From Candidatus Enterousia sp. (GTDB lineage: Bacteria > Pseudomonadota > Alphaproteobacteria > Rs-D84): DNA of 57,828 bases. Shown one piece after another: positions 38,482 to 48,912 of the stretch (the stretch's first letter is position 1; every line of letters begins with the position of its first letter). The stretch is taken from positions 1 through 57,828 of the forward strand of contig JBGUKY010000004.1 in NCBI GenBank assembly GCA_045114635.1. The letters run 5' to 3'. Position numbers and translations under genes: made by a program. A model generated the notes under the pieces. That model made no database searches and was not told the origin of the DNA. It saw only the letters and a list, made by a program, of their open reading frames with translations.

Positions 38482-38760
38482 TTATCCATTCATTTTTTTG
38501 GTTAATTCACGGCTTGGTTTGAACAAAATAGTTCTGTTAGCATCTAAATGTATTATTTTTCCAGTGCTTGGATTATAACCGGCCTTGGTCGCGCGTTTGC
38601 GTGGTTGGAAAGTTCCGAAACCGCGTATTTCAATTCTATCGTCATTTGCCACAGCCGATTTCATATTATCCACGACACAATCTAATATTGCTGTCGCATC
38701 AGAAGCACGCATATGCTTAAATTGTACTTGCAGTGTTCTGATAACATCTGAACGTTTCAT
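38482..38760 (-). CDS. ihfB: Integration host factor beta / HU family
   Basis: RIEIRGFGTF, G.NP.TG, FKPS.EL. Confidence 0.8.
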   Translation of the reverse strand: MKRSDVIRTLQVQFKHMRASDATAILDCVVDNMKSAVANDDRIEIRGFGTFQPRKRATKAGYNPSTGKIIHLDANRTILFKPSRELTKKMNG

Positions 38761-38914
38761 AATAAACAATCCTTTTATTCTTATACCACCTATTATGATA
38801 CCATATTTTATAAAAAATAAAGCGATTTTATTATGTTATATCATTTTAAGAAAACGCTCTTATACAAAAATGCCCTGAAGATCGGTAAAATCTAGTAAAT
38901 AAATGGGGGCAAAT

Positions 38915-39640
38915 ATGTACGATGATAATGATATAAAATGCGCCACTTTACCTTTGATTGGTGATATTGCACCAGCTTTTAGCGCAAATACTACCAATGG
39001 TTCTATAAGATTTCCTGATGATTGTCGAGGACATTGGGTTATTTTGTTTTCCCACCCGATGGATTTTACGCCGGTTTGTACAACAGAGTTTTTATCGTTT
39101 CAATCTATGATAAAAGACTTTCAGGAACTTGATACGGAAATCATCGGGCTTTCTGTGGGGGCCATAGCATCTCACTTAGCATGGTTTCGATCAATACACG
39201 ACGAAATCAATTTCAAAGATTGGAAAAATATAGAAATTACATTTCCTGTTATTGCTGACATAGATTTACATGTTTCAAAATTATACGGTATGATACACCC
39301 AAATACATCAGATACAAAAACCGTACGAACAGTGTTCATAATCGATCCGAACAGCATCATAAGAACCATTTTGTATTATCCACAAACCACTGGTCGCAAT
39401 CTTAAAGAAATAAAGCGCATATTGATAGCGCTTCAAACAACAGATGCTTTTAAAGTTTCAACACCTGCTGATTGGACGCCTGGCACACCAGTTATAGAAC
39501 CTTCACCACAAACAACAAAAGATTTAAAAAAACGCATCAATAACACTAACAAAAACATAGATGTTCAATCATGGTATTTGGCATTTAAGAATTTGCCAGA
39601 AAATAAAATATTCGACAGAATAAAAAAGAAAAAATCTTAG
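38915..39640 (+). CDS. Peroxiredoxin (Prx6-type)
   Basis: FSHP.DFTPVCTTE, YP.TTGRN..EI.R, TPADW. Confidence 0.92.
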   Translation: MYDDNDIKCATLPLIGDIAPAFSANTTNGSIRFPDDCRGHWVILFSHPMDFTPVCTTEFLSFQSMIKDFQELDTEIIGLSVGAIASHLAWFRSIHDEINFKDWKNIEITFPVIADIDLHVSKLYGMIHPNTSDTKTVRTVFIIDPNSIIRTILYYPQTTGRNLKEIKRILIALQTTDAFKVSTPADWTPGTPVIEPSPQTTKDLKKRINNTNKNIDVQSWYLAFKNLPENKIFDRIKKKKS

Positions 39641-39984
39641 AACTTTAACGGCATATCACGCAAATCTTGTGGTGCAGCCATGCTTTCCGGATGCCAACGA
39701 TATTTTTCGACATCTATATTTCCATCTTTTGTAAAACCAACACCTTCGGCCTTTAACATATCATGTTGTACTTTGGCCCATTGTCCGTCCCATAATCTGC
39801 CATCACTGAAAGTTACACGATGCCATGGTAAATTATCTGTTTCACAGGACGCAGACATTGCAAAACCAACAAAACGCGCCATACGTGGTCGTCCCAACAT
39901 TTTTGCAATATCACCATAGGTAACAACTGTCCCAACTGGGATTTTTTCAACGATATCATAAACCTGTTGATTAAAACCTTTCAT
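39637..39984 (-). CDS. Alkyltransferase-like protein (MGMT family, non-catalytic PWHRV)
   Basis: IP.G.V.TYG.IA..G.PR.AR.VG, LPWHRV. Confidence 0.88.
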   Translation of the reverse strand: MKGFNQQVYDIVEKIPVGTVVTYGDIAKMLGRPRMARFVGFAMSASCETDNLPWHRVTFSDGRLWDGQWAKVQHDMLKAEGVGFTKDGNIDVEKYRWHPESMAAPQDLRDMPLKF

Positions 39985-40073
39985 GTTTTTGATTATAGAC
40001 AGATATTTTAAATATGCAAAAAGAATATTTGCAAAACACAAAATACAGTATAACATACAAAAAAGGGCAAAAG

Positions 40074-40256
40074 ATGCAAAAACTTGAATTAATACAAATA
40101 ATGAATCTGGCTGATAAATTAAATCACACAGAATGGATAACTATATTGATGAGATTAAATAACAACGGACAATTGGGACAATTCTTTGAAACAATTCAAC
40201 AACAAGATATGTTAAAATCTGTATTGCAAAGCAAAAAGAAATCACACACCAGATAA
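40074..40256 (+). CDS. Small hypothetical protein (orphan)
   Basis: 60 aa, AAGGG RBS, upstream promoter-like sequence. Confidence 0.55.
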   Translation: MQKLELIQIMNLADKLNHTEWITILMRLNNNGQLGQFFETIQQQDMLKSVLQSKKKSHTR

Positions 40257-40305
40257 AAGCATTTGATTTTTTCTTCAAAAAACATATAATACCGATACAA
40301 CCTAC

Positions 40306-40396
40306 GGAGATATGGCAGAGCTGGTTGAATGCGCGCGACTCGAAATCGCGTATACAGGCAACTGTATCGAGGGTTCGAATCCCCCTATCTCCGCCA
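40306..40396 (+). tRNA. tRNA-Ser(CGA)
   Basis: ggagata..cgcga-ct-CGA-aa-tcgcg, long variable arm, ggttcgaatcc, tatctcc-gcca. Confidence 0.95.
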
Positions 40397-40425
40397 CAAA
40401 TAAAGACATACCAAGTAGTCGGTCT

Positions 40426-41619
40426 TTAAACATCAAAATCATAAGAATTTACAGATTTAGCAATCGCATCAACCAGTTTGTTTTGATGTGCATCTGATTT
40501 TAATAATTTTTCTTCGCTTTTATTTGATAGATGTCCTAATTCAATCAAAGCACCAGGCACAGTAGAACGAAGTACTGCGAATGGCGCATGGCGTACGGAT
40601 GGTCCTTTCTGTTGTTCTATGGATGCCTTGTTCATAGATTTAGCACAGCTATTTGCATATTCTTCGCTTAATTCAGCCACTGCACGTTGTTGTAATGACG
40701 AAAGAGCCACACGAATATCTTTGGAAAATTGTTCAAACCCATCGACATCAATTTTATCTGCTGCATTTTCGGAATCTGCCAATTTCTGTGCTTCTTCGTC
40801 AGATGCTTTTTCAGATAATGTATAAATCGAAAAACCTTTCATATCACGACTTGGATTCGCATTTGCATGTAATGAAATGAATAAATCAGCATGCTTTTTT
40901 TCAGCAAATTCCGCCCTTTCTGCCAATTTAAGATATACGTCTGTGGAACGTGTTAAATATGTTTTATAACCATTTGATTCCAGTTTATTTTTTAATTTTT
41001 TCGCGACCGATAATACTACTGTTTTTTCCTGGGTTCCGCCTTTTCCTATACAACCCGGATCCTTGCCACCATGGCCAGGGTCAATAACAATTATACGCGA
41101 TTTAGCTGTATTAGTTGTTGTTTTAGAACTTGTTTCTGGTGTTTTTACCTTTGCTGTCGTCGTTGTTGTAGCAGTGGTGGTTGCTATGCCGCGCCCTGTT
41201 CCGGCCGCGAAATCAATCACCAAACGATAATCATTATCACCATTTGGTTCCAACACCATAATTTGATTTTTTTCAATCGCATCTATCAAGCCAGATAATG
41301 TGGCCACAATCTGTAATGTTGTGCCATCTTGAATCTGTGTTACGCGTTTTATCAATGTACCGCTAGCAAGTTTTGTTTCAACATCCGTCTTACCAGAAGT
41401 ATTTGATAAATTCACAAATAATTGTTTGTCGCCATAAGATAATGTATAAGAGGGCCGAGATGCTGTTTCTATTACAAGACGTGTTTTCCCGCCAGTTTGT
41501 AATCCTGTTCGTAATGAACGTAATGAATTGGGAGCAGAAAAAGCGACACGTGGTGCAAGGCCCGCAACAAGAGCAGTAAAACTTACTGTTTTCAAAAGCT
41601 GTCTGCGTGTTATTTTCAT
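40426..41619 (-). CDS. amiC: N-acetylmuramoyl-L-alanine amidase (AMIN + Amidase_3), Tat-exported
   Basis: TRRQLLK Tat motif; IDPGHGGKDPG, E, FISLHAN, LIELG.LSN. Confidence 0.9.
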   Translation of the reverse strand: MKITRRQLLKTVSFTALVAGLAPRVAFSAPNSLRSLRTGLQTGGKTRLVIETASRPSYTLSYGDKQLFVNLSNTSGKTDVETKLASGTLIKRVTQIQDGTTLQIVATLSGLIDAIEKNQIMVLEPNGDNDYRLVIDFAAGTGRGIATTTATTTTTAKVKTPETSSKTTTNTAKSRIIVIDPGHGGKDPGCIGKGGTQEKTVVLSVAKKLKNKLESNGYKTYLTRSTDVYLKLAERAEFAEKKHADLFISLHANANPSRDMKGFSIYTLSEKASDEEAQKLADSENAADKIDVDGFEQFSKDIRVALSSLQQRAVAELSEEYANSCAKSMNKASIEQQKGPSVRHAPFAVLRSTVPGALIELGHLSNKSEEKLLKSDAHQNKLVDAIAKSVNSYDFDV

Positions 41620-41709
41620 GAGATACATTATATCAAAAAAATATTGATGTATCAAGAAATGCATATAATTTTTTGATTTAAAAAAACCGCCGTAACGGCG
41701 GTTATAAAA

Positions 41710-42963
41710 TTATCTGCTTACACAATTCGCAAAAGATTGCGCCAGTATAGATGTTTCCGTCTGAGTTAATGTTGTTACTGGGACAGTATAACATCTTGAG
41801 CTGTCGCGGATAATAAACACTTTAGTGCCAAGTTTATAAGCTTTTTGCATACTGTCCATTTGTGCAGAACTTAAAAATGCGTTCTGTGTCAAAGCATTGT
41901 TTGTAAGTCCAGCCTGAACAACCTGATTAGCCGTAGCATAATCATATATTTCAGACATTGAAGTAACTTCCATATAAACACTATAATTTGTGTTTGGATT
42001 TTGTGTGGTATTAGCCGTTGGTGTTGGGAATGTAACATTAGCAACAACAGCGATAGCTTTGTCTAGATTAGGTGTTTCTGATGTAGAACTTGTTGCATGA
42101 GAAACAGTGTTTAATTGCATATTGTCACCACAAGCCAAATTCATACGATTTGTATAACTTGCCAAGACGGCGTCAACAGCCGCTTCCCAGTTAGCGCCCT
42201 TTGAATTTAAATCCAAACTTACAATCTTTTCAGCCCAACCCCAAATGTTTGCGCCAACATTACCAGCATTTGCAAAACGTGTTACCATTTCAGCAGATCC
42301 ACCAGCAACACCAGCACCACAATAATCTGTCAATTGTGTTGTTAACATACTTGTCGTTTCGTTGCCATATGCCAAAGCCACAGAATGGCAAGCCATAGCA
42401 GCTTCTAATTCGCGACGGCGTTGGACGCACAAATCAGAATGAGATTTTGTTAATTTATCAGCCATATTTGCCATTGACAAATAGGACATCAATTCTTGTT
42501 GAACATAAGACGGACAAAGACGTGCAGCAGTATTCATACCACCAGATCCATTTCTGCCGATAGTGTTATATTGAGGTAACAAGATAGATGTATCTTTCTG
42601 CAAACATAACAATGTGTAATTGTACAATTCTGTTTCTGTCGCATACATACAACGACCAGATGTTTTTCCAGGAACAACCGTTGTATCACCACAATAATCA
42701 GTCAAACAGTTCATAATTTTTTGACGACACGCTGTATCCACATCAGGTTGTGTTATCAAGAAATATGTATTTCTTTGGTTTTGAATATATGCATTAACAG
42801 TGCTGTTTTGACCACGCGATCCGGCATTTGAATACCCTGTTGACGTAGTGTAAATAGTGGCACGACCGCCGTCATTTGCAACGGTTCCAGCAGATACCGC
42901 CAACGCAGCATTAGATGCCAAAAGCGCACCAATACAACCGAATGTTAATAAACATCTTTTCAT
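41710..42963 (-). CDS. Secreted Cys-rich hypothetical protein
   Basis: Signal peptide, many paired Cys, 417 aa. Confidence 0.75.
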   Translation of the reverse strand: MKRCLLTFGCIGALLASNAALAVSAGTVANDGGRATIYTTSTGYSNAGSRGQNSTVNAYIQNQRNTYFLITQPDVDTACRQKIMNCLTDYCGDTTVVPGKTSGRCMYATETELYNYTLLCLQKDTSILLPQYNTIGRNGSGGMNTAARLCPSYVQQELMSYLSMANMADKLTKSHSDLCVQRRRELEAAMACHSVALAYGNETTSMLTTQLTDYCGAGVAGGSAEMVTRFANAGNVGANIWGWAEKIVSLDLNSKGANWEAAVDAVLASYTNRMNLACGDNMQLNTVSHATSSTSETPNLDKAIAVVANVTFPTPTANTTQNPNTNYSVYMEVTSMSEIYDYATANQVVQAGLTNNALTQNAFLSSAQMDSMQKAYKLGTKVFIIRDSSRCYTVPVTTLTQTETSILAQSFANCVSR

Positions 42964-43080
42964 GAAACATCCCTCTCTGTTGTGATTATTTTAACATAAT
43001 TTGAAGTGGAACGCAATAAAACTTTCACTAAAAAACACAAAAAAAGTTGATTTAGGCAAATAAATTGATATATTTCAAGC

Positions 43081-44152
43081 ATGGTTATGATCAACAATGA
43101 TATTTTATCTCAAATCTCTGACGACATTGCTGCCGTAAGGGGGTTTCTTTGACCCAGAAAAAATACAATCTGAAGTCGATAAATTAACTGAAATTTCCAA
43201 TCAATCTGATTTATGGGACAACCCCGATTATGCGCGTGGTATTTTGCAGAAAAAATCTGGATTAGAAAAGCAGTTGTCAGAATTGAATCACCTTGAAAAC
43301 GAATATAAAAATCTGGCTGAATTGTACGAGTTGTCACCAGAAGATCCTGATATTAACAAGGCTGTTTCAGAATTATCAGAAGCCGCACACAAGGCAAAGT
43401 TTATTACACTTTTCGGTGATCCAATGGATAACAATGGCGCATTTTTATTTATCCAATCTGGCGCTGGTGGTACAGAAGCACAAGATTGGGCACAAATGTT
43501 ATCCCGCATGTACACAAGATGGTGTGAAAGACATGGGTTTAGCATAGAAGTTGTCGAAGAACACCCTGGCGATGTGGCTGGTATAAAAAGTATCACTTTC
43601 CGTATATCTGGCGAACGTGCATTTGGATGGTTAAAGAACGAAATCGGCGTTCACAGATTGGTTAGGATATCCCCTTTTAACGCGAACGGAAAACGTCAAA
43701 CAAGTTTTGCATCGGTTGATGTATGGCCAGATGTTGATGACAGCATAGAAATCGAAATAAACGAAAAAGATTTGCGCATTGATACTTATCGTGCAAGTGG
43801 TGCTGGCGGACAACACGTTAACAAAACAGATTCTGCTGTGCGCATAACCCATATCCCAACAAACACTGTCGTGACATGCCAAAACGAACGCAGCCAGATT
43901 CAAAACAAAGAAATGGCAATGAAAATGTTGCGTTCTAAATTGTATGAATTAGAAATGCAAAAACGTGCAGCCGAAGAAGATGCCGCAAAAGCAGCCCAGA
44001 AAAAGATTGAATGGGGAAGTCAAATACGAAATTACGTGCTTTACCCTTATCAATTGGTCAAAGATGTGCGGACAAATGTTGAAAAAACAGATTCTGCTGC
44101 TGTCTTGGATGGCGACCTCGATGATTTTATGTTGGCAATGCTTGCAATGTAA
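43081..44152 (+). CDS. prfB: Peptide chain release factor 2 (programmed +1 frameshift)
   Basis: AGGGGG-TTT-CTT-TGA-C at 43138-43153; SPF and GGQ motifs in the +1 frame. Confidence 0.96.
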
Positions 44153-44157
44153 TACTT

Positions 44158-44919
44158 ATGAAGAAACACGACAAATATGCATCTTTTATTACAAAATTAT
44201 ACGGCCAAGATGTTAAAATATCTCAGCCTGATTTTGTTGGGCAGCATCATCCAATATACATTGTGGAAAAAGCTGGGGATAAAAGCATAATTAGGTTTTC
44301 TTCCAAAGAATGCGCCCATAGAAATTTTCAAGTAAGCAACTTGTTAAGAAAATATGGTATACCCGTCCCAGAAATTAGCTTTTATAAATTTGACAAACAA
44401 TATTTTGAAACATATACATTTATAGAAGGGAAAACTTTGTACGAAAGACACCAGGAAGGCATCTCACAAGAACAAATCAAAAAAATTTATGAACAGTTGT
44501 GCGACATTTGCTATCGTATGTCTAGAATACCAGTAAAAGAGGCAGAAAACATCCCGCTTCACACATGTAAAACAGATATGTTTTTTAAACTTTTGAATCT
44601 TTCACAAAGGGTGATTGGTCATTGTGATTTGAATGACAAGAACATATTACTTGATAAAAACGATAATGTTTGCGCAATCCTTGATCTGGACCAGGTAGAA
44701 TTAAAAACTTTTGAATTGATTCTTGTAAATCTTTTCGAAGTTGCCCAAGAAAAAGGATATGATTACAACGTAGAAAGCATAAAAGAATTTTTTCCATCTG
44801 TATATCATAAAAAATCTTTATTAAACCTTTCGAAACAATACGAAATTTACAAAAAAATTGTGAACACAAAGAACAGAATTCTAAACTCCAAACAATTATT
44901 GCAAACCAAATGCAAATAA
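44158..44919 (+). CDS. Aminoglycoside/choline phosphotransferase-like kinase
   Basis: IPVPEI, IEGKTL, HCDLNDKNILL, ILDLD. Confidence 0.75.
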   Translation: MKKHDKYASFITKLYGQDVKISQPDFVGQHHPIYIVEKAGDKSIIRFSSKECAHRNFQVSNLLRKYGIPVPEISFYKFDKQYFETYTFIEGKTLYERHQEGISQEQIKKIYEQLCDICYRMSRIPVKEAENIPLHTCKTDMFFKLLNLSQRVIGHCDLNDKNILLDKNDNVCAILDLDQVELKTFELILVNLFEVAQEKGYDYNVESIKEFFPSVYHKKSLLNLSKQYEIYKKIVNTKNRILNSKQLLQTKCK

Positions 44920-44938
44920 TTTAAAATACACGCATATT

Positions 44939-45015
44939 GCACCCATAGCACAACTGGATAATGCGTTGCCCTCCGAAGGCAGAGATTGCAGGTTCGACTC
45001 CTGCTGGGTGCGCCA
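44939..45015 (+). tRNA. tRNA-Arg(CCG)
   Basis: gcaccca..ttgcc-ct-CCG-aa-ggcag..ggttcgactcc..tgggtgc-gcca. Confidence 0.95.
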
Positions 45016-45051
45016 CAAATTAAAAAAAAACCGCCCAAACGGGCGGTCTTT

Positions 45052-46863
45052 TTATTTCAAAACAAAGTGAACACTGTATTGTGGTTTTTTGTCAGCACCC
45101 AAACTTGCACGAACAACCTTGTTCGAAGCAACCTGAACAGCCTTATACAAATTATCACGGTTTTTGCGTTCTGTTTTTGTTAATTTATCAATCGCATTAG
45201 TGATTTCAATTTGAATTTGACGTTTCATAAATCCAGTATCATCTGTTTCAAAGATACCTGCACTTGAAACCTCTGGCACACCTTTAAGGAAGCCACGTTT
45301 ATCGATTGGCAATGTGACGAATATAGCGCCATTTGAAGCAATCTTTTTACGTGTTTTATACACAGGATCATCCGCACTACGTTCTGTTTCGCCTTCCATA
45401 ACAACAAAACCGGTTTGAATTGATTCACAAACATATGGTTCTACACCATCTTTTAATGCGATAATATCGCCATTATGAACGATCATCATGTGTTTAGCGC
45501 CACCGCGTTCCATCGCCATTTTGCCGTTCAACATTTCAGAAATGAATTCACCATGCATCGGTATGGAAACCTGAGGATGAACCATATCATAAAATCTTTC
45601 AAGTTCTGGACGACCGGCGTGACCGGAAGCGTGTAAATTATTTGTATCAAATATTGTATAGGTTTTAATCCCCATACGCGCCAATTTATTATAAAGGAAC
45701 GAAACATCTTGTTCGCGTCCTGGAATAATAATTGCACTGAAAATAACAGTATCAGTTGGCAATAACTTCAATTCTTTTACATGACCGTTACAAAGACGTG
45801 TCAACATAGCAAACTTTTCGCCCTGGGATCCAGTAAGGAAAATGGCTTGTTTTTCTGCTGGCAAATCTTTGATTTCATCAAAAGTATAAACATCATCTTT
45901 ACCAAGATAACCATATTCGATACCGATTTCGCGGAATTCTGGCAATCCAACATAAGGAACCGGGTTTGGATTACTACGTTCCTTGATACATGCAACACGA
46001 CCCGCTGCACGTGCGGCTTCGGCAAACATTTTAATACGTGCCAAGCTTCGTGAATAACCAGTCACAAAAACACGACCTGGTGCTTTTTTCATCAATTCGG
46101 TTAATGTTTCACGTACCTGTGTTTCAGTTGTTTGCGGGGTCTGTCTTTCACTTGATGTAGAATCACAGACACACGCCAACAATTGCGGATCAGAGCCGAT
46201 TTCAGCAAGACGCGCATAGTTTGTTTTTGGTTCGATTGGGTTGTCATCATTGAAAGTCCAGTCGCCAGTATGTAAGATTTTACCCGCAGGTGTTTTAATG
46301 ATTAACATTTGCGCTTCGGGTATTGAATGCGACACATGAAATGTTTCTACGACAAAAGGGTCAAGATCCAGTTCTGCACCAGTTGCATCGAATTCAACAA
46401 TATCTTTTTCAGGGTTGTAATCAAGTTCAATTCCGTCAAAAGTACGGCGCAAGATTTCGGCTGGAAAACGCGTGCAATATATTGGTTTTCTGAACTTTGG
46501 CCAAATAAACTTAAGCGCACCAATATGGTCTTCGTGACCGTGAGTTATAACGAATGCAACAACATCTTTTTTATGTTTTTCAAGCCAAGTTGTATCGCAA
46601 TATTGAACATCGCCTGCCCCGATTTCTTCTTCCAAGAAACCCATGCCGCAATCGACAATTAAATATTTACCTTTGTATTTATAAACATACATATTTTGGC
46701 CGACGTGTTCCAATCCGCCGAGTGCCATAAAGTACATTTTTTCGTCATTTTTATCACTTTCGTGAGCAGGTTTGTCAGCAATACGCACCTGCATATCGGT
46801 TGTTTCAGCATCTTTAATCTTCTTTTTTAATTTTTCTTTTACTTTTTCTTTAATTTTTACCAT
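45052..46863 (-). CDS. rnj: Ribonuclease J
   Basis: ALGGL..VG.N, THGHEDHIG, HSIPE, HTGD, TGSQGE, HASGH, P.HGE. Confidence 0.93.
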   Translation of the reverse strand: MVKIKEKVKEKLKKKIKDAETTDMQVRIADKPAHESDKNDEKMYFMALGGLEHVGQNMYVYKYKGKYLIVDCGMGFLEEEIGAGDVQYCDTTWLEKHKKDVVAFVITHGHEDHIGALKFIWPKFRKPIYCTRFPAEILRRTFDGIELDYNPEKDIVEFDATGAELDLDPFVVETFHVSHSIPEAQMLIIKTPAGKILHTGDWTFNDDNPIEPKTNYARLAEIGSDPQLLACVCDSTSSERQTPQTTETQVRETLTELMKKAPGRVFVTGYSRSLARIKMFAEAARAAGRVACIKERSNPNPVPYVGLPEFREIGIEYGYLGKDDVYTFDEIKDLPAEKQAIFLTGSQGEKFAMLTRLCNGHVKELKLLPTDTVIFSAIIIPGREQDVSFLYNKLARMGIKTYTIFDTNNLHASGHAGRPELERFYDMVHPQVSIPMHGEFISEMLNGKMAMERGGAKHMMIVHNGDIIALKDGVEPYVCESIQTGFVVMEGETERSADDPVYKTRKKIASNGAIFVTLPIDKRGFLKGVPEVSSAGIFETDDTGFMKRQIQIEITNAIDKLTKTERKNRDNLYKAVQVASNKVVRASLGADKKPQYSVHFVLK

Positions 46864-47128
46864 TTAATATCCTTTTTAAAGTTTAACGTTTGCACACCCG
46901 GCACAATTCATTGTCAATAAAGACAAATCTTTATTCATAGTGAATCTTATGGGTGTGCGGCTTTTTGGTGTCCCAAACAGATCTGGGACAAATAAAGACA
47001 TAAATAATGTCCAAATCTTGTATCACACGTGCATAATATCGCAAAAAACACTTAAAATCAAGATGTATTTGGATATTACTTGACACTACTCTATTTTGTG
47101 CTACTTTTCCCATAGTAACGGAGACAAA

Positions 47129-47935
47129 ATGTACACAATAAAAAAACGCACGGCAAGGGCAAAACAACAATTTAAACGTGATAATGATCTTGGATTTCCC
47201 TATCATAAAACAGATAAAACAAGTCCTGAACGCAGCACATTTATAACACAATTGATGCACAACAAAGAATTTGTTCCTGTGCGCAAAGCAAATGACAAAA
47301 AATACAAAGAATCTGTGCGTGATGTTGTGAAGAAATTCACGCCTTTTGATTGTTTAATAACGCTTGTATTTGTGCTTGCTTTTGGCACGTTTTCCTGTGT
47401 GTTTACAAAAGCAAATTTAGAAATAAAACAAGTGTCCACAATTCAAAAATATATGGCATTGGTAGCATTTACAACACTTGGTTCCCTGCTCGGCTTTGCC
47501 GCAGGTTTTTACACATCGATATCTTTGTATGAATCCAATAAAGACATGGCTATTGAAAATTGTTACAGACGTTTATCTGTTCGTTTATTTGATTTATTAA
47601 AGGAAAATTATCCTGATTTGAACGAAAAGATGTTAAAAGCCTGTAACCCAGAAATGTCACGTGTTATAAACACATTATTGGTTGCAAATATGTCCAAAGA
47701 AGACGTTCTTGAAATTCAAGATTTAGCAATGAAAATATCACGTGAATTACGCGATATTAATCCACAAAATGAAACATCCGTAATGGTGGTATGTAATCGC
47801 TATCTAAAAACAGCTCTTTCCATCATTGAACACAATATGATCACGAACCAATTTTTATACGATTCGGTTTTAAGCATTTACCGCGGAAATCTGCCGGTTT
47901 CGTTTATGTTACAAAACAACCAAAAAACAAAATAG
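47129..47935 (+). CDS. Hypothetical two-TM membrane protein (orphan)
   Basis: Two hydrophobic helices; GGAG RBS. Confidence 0.7.
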   Translation: MYTIKKRTARAKQQFKRDNDLGFPYHKTDKTSPERSTFITQLMHNKEFVPVRKANDKKYKESVRDVVKKFTPFDCLITLVFVLAFGTFSCVFTKANLEIKQVSTIQKYMALVAFTTLGSLLGFAAGFYTSISLYESNKDMAIENCYRRLSVRLFDLLKENYPDLNEKMLKACNPEMSRVINTLLVANMSKEDVLEIQDLAMKISRELRDINPQNETSVMVVCNRYLKTALSIIEHNMITNQFLYDSVLSIYRGNLPVSFMLQNNQKTK

Positions 47936-48177
47936 AAAACGATTCGTTATTTGTCGTATTTGTTTTTATGTATGTGATGATACTATGTGCGGCGACATAG
48001 CCCATTAAATATTTGAAAAATTCGCGAAAAAACTTGATTTTTCGAAAAAAACAATATAGAATGCCTATCGCTGAATAACCAGAACTGAATAATCATCGGT
48101 GTCTTTTGGTCCCGATAGAGATAAGGATTCTGTGAAATGTTCGGCACAAGAAAAACCAAAAACAAAAGGAAAATATT

Positions 48178-48810
48178 ATGGCAAGAGCTGGTGCAAAACG
48201 TAGCACACGTAAATTAAAGATTGGCCGTTCTTTGGGTGTTAACCTTTGGGGTCAGGCTAAATCTCCATTTAACAAACGCAAATATAAACCAGGACAACAT
48301 GGTCCAACATCTCGTGGGGCCTCTTCGTCTGATTATGCAAAACAGATGCGCGCAAAACAGACTTTGAAGGGTTATTATGGTAATATTGGCGAAAAGAAAT
48401 TCCATGCTTACTATGCAGAAGCTGAAAATATGAAAGGTGACGCACCTGAAAACTTGATTGGTTTGTTGGAAAGACGCCTTGACGCTGTTGTATACCGTTC
48501 AAAATTGGCACCAACAGTTTTCTCTGCTCGTCAATTGGTAAGCCACGGTCATATTTATGTTAATGGCAAACGCGTTAAAATCGCTTCTTATCGTGTAAAT
48601 CCAGGTGATGTTATCACAGTAAGCGAAAAAGCAAAACAAATGCCATTGGTTGTGTTGGCTTTGGAATCTGGCGAACGCAACTTCCCAGATTACATCACAG
48701 TAGATAGCGCAAACTTTACTGCAACATTTACTCGTGTTCCAGAATTTGCTGACGTTCCATATCCTGTTCAAATGCAACCAGAATTGGTCGTCGAATTCTA
48801 TTCTCGTTAA
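48178..48810 (+). CDS. rpsD: 30S ribosomal protein S4
   Basis: PGQHG, LERRLD.VVYR, ARQLVSHGH, VVEFYSR. Confidence 0.97.
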   Translation: MARAGAKRSTRKLKIGRSLGVNLWGQAKSPFNKRKYKPGQHGPTSRGASSSDYAKQMRAKQTLKGYYGNIGEKKFHAYYAEAENMKGDAPENLIGLLERRLDAVVYRSKLAPTVFSARQLVSHGHIYVNGKRVKIASYRVNPGDVITVSEKAKQMPLVVLALESGERNFPDYITVDSANFTATFTRVPEFADVPYPVQMQPELVVEFYSR

Positions 48811-48912
48811 TAACAAACGTGATTGGTTTAAAATCCCGCGTTTGTGCGGGATTTTTTATTGCTTTTGCGGCTTAATATTGATATAATTTATTTGATAATA
48901 AAGGTATGTAAA

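Noticed and set aside
43138-43153. In-frame stop in prfB as pseudogene or novelty
   Set aside because: This is the canonical SD-CTT-TGA-C programmed +1 frameshift of RF2, which is well known.
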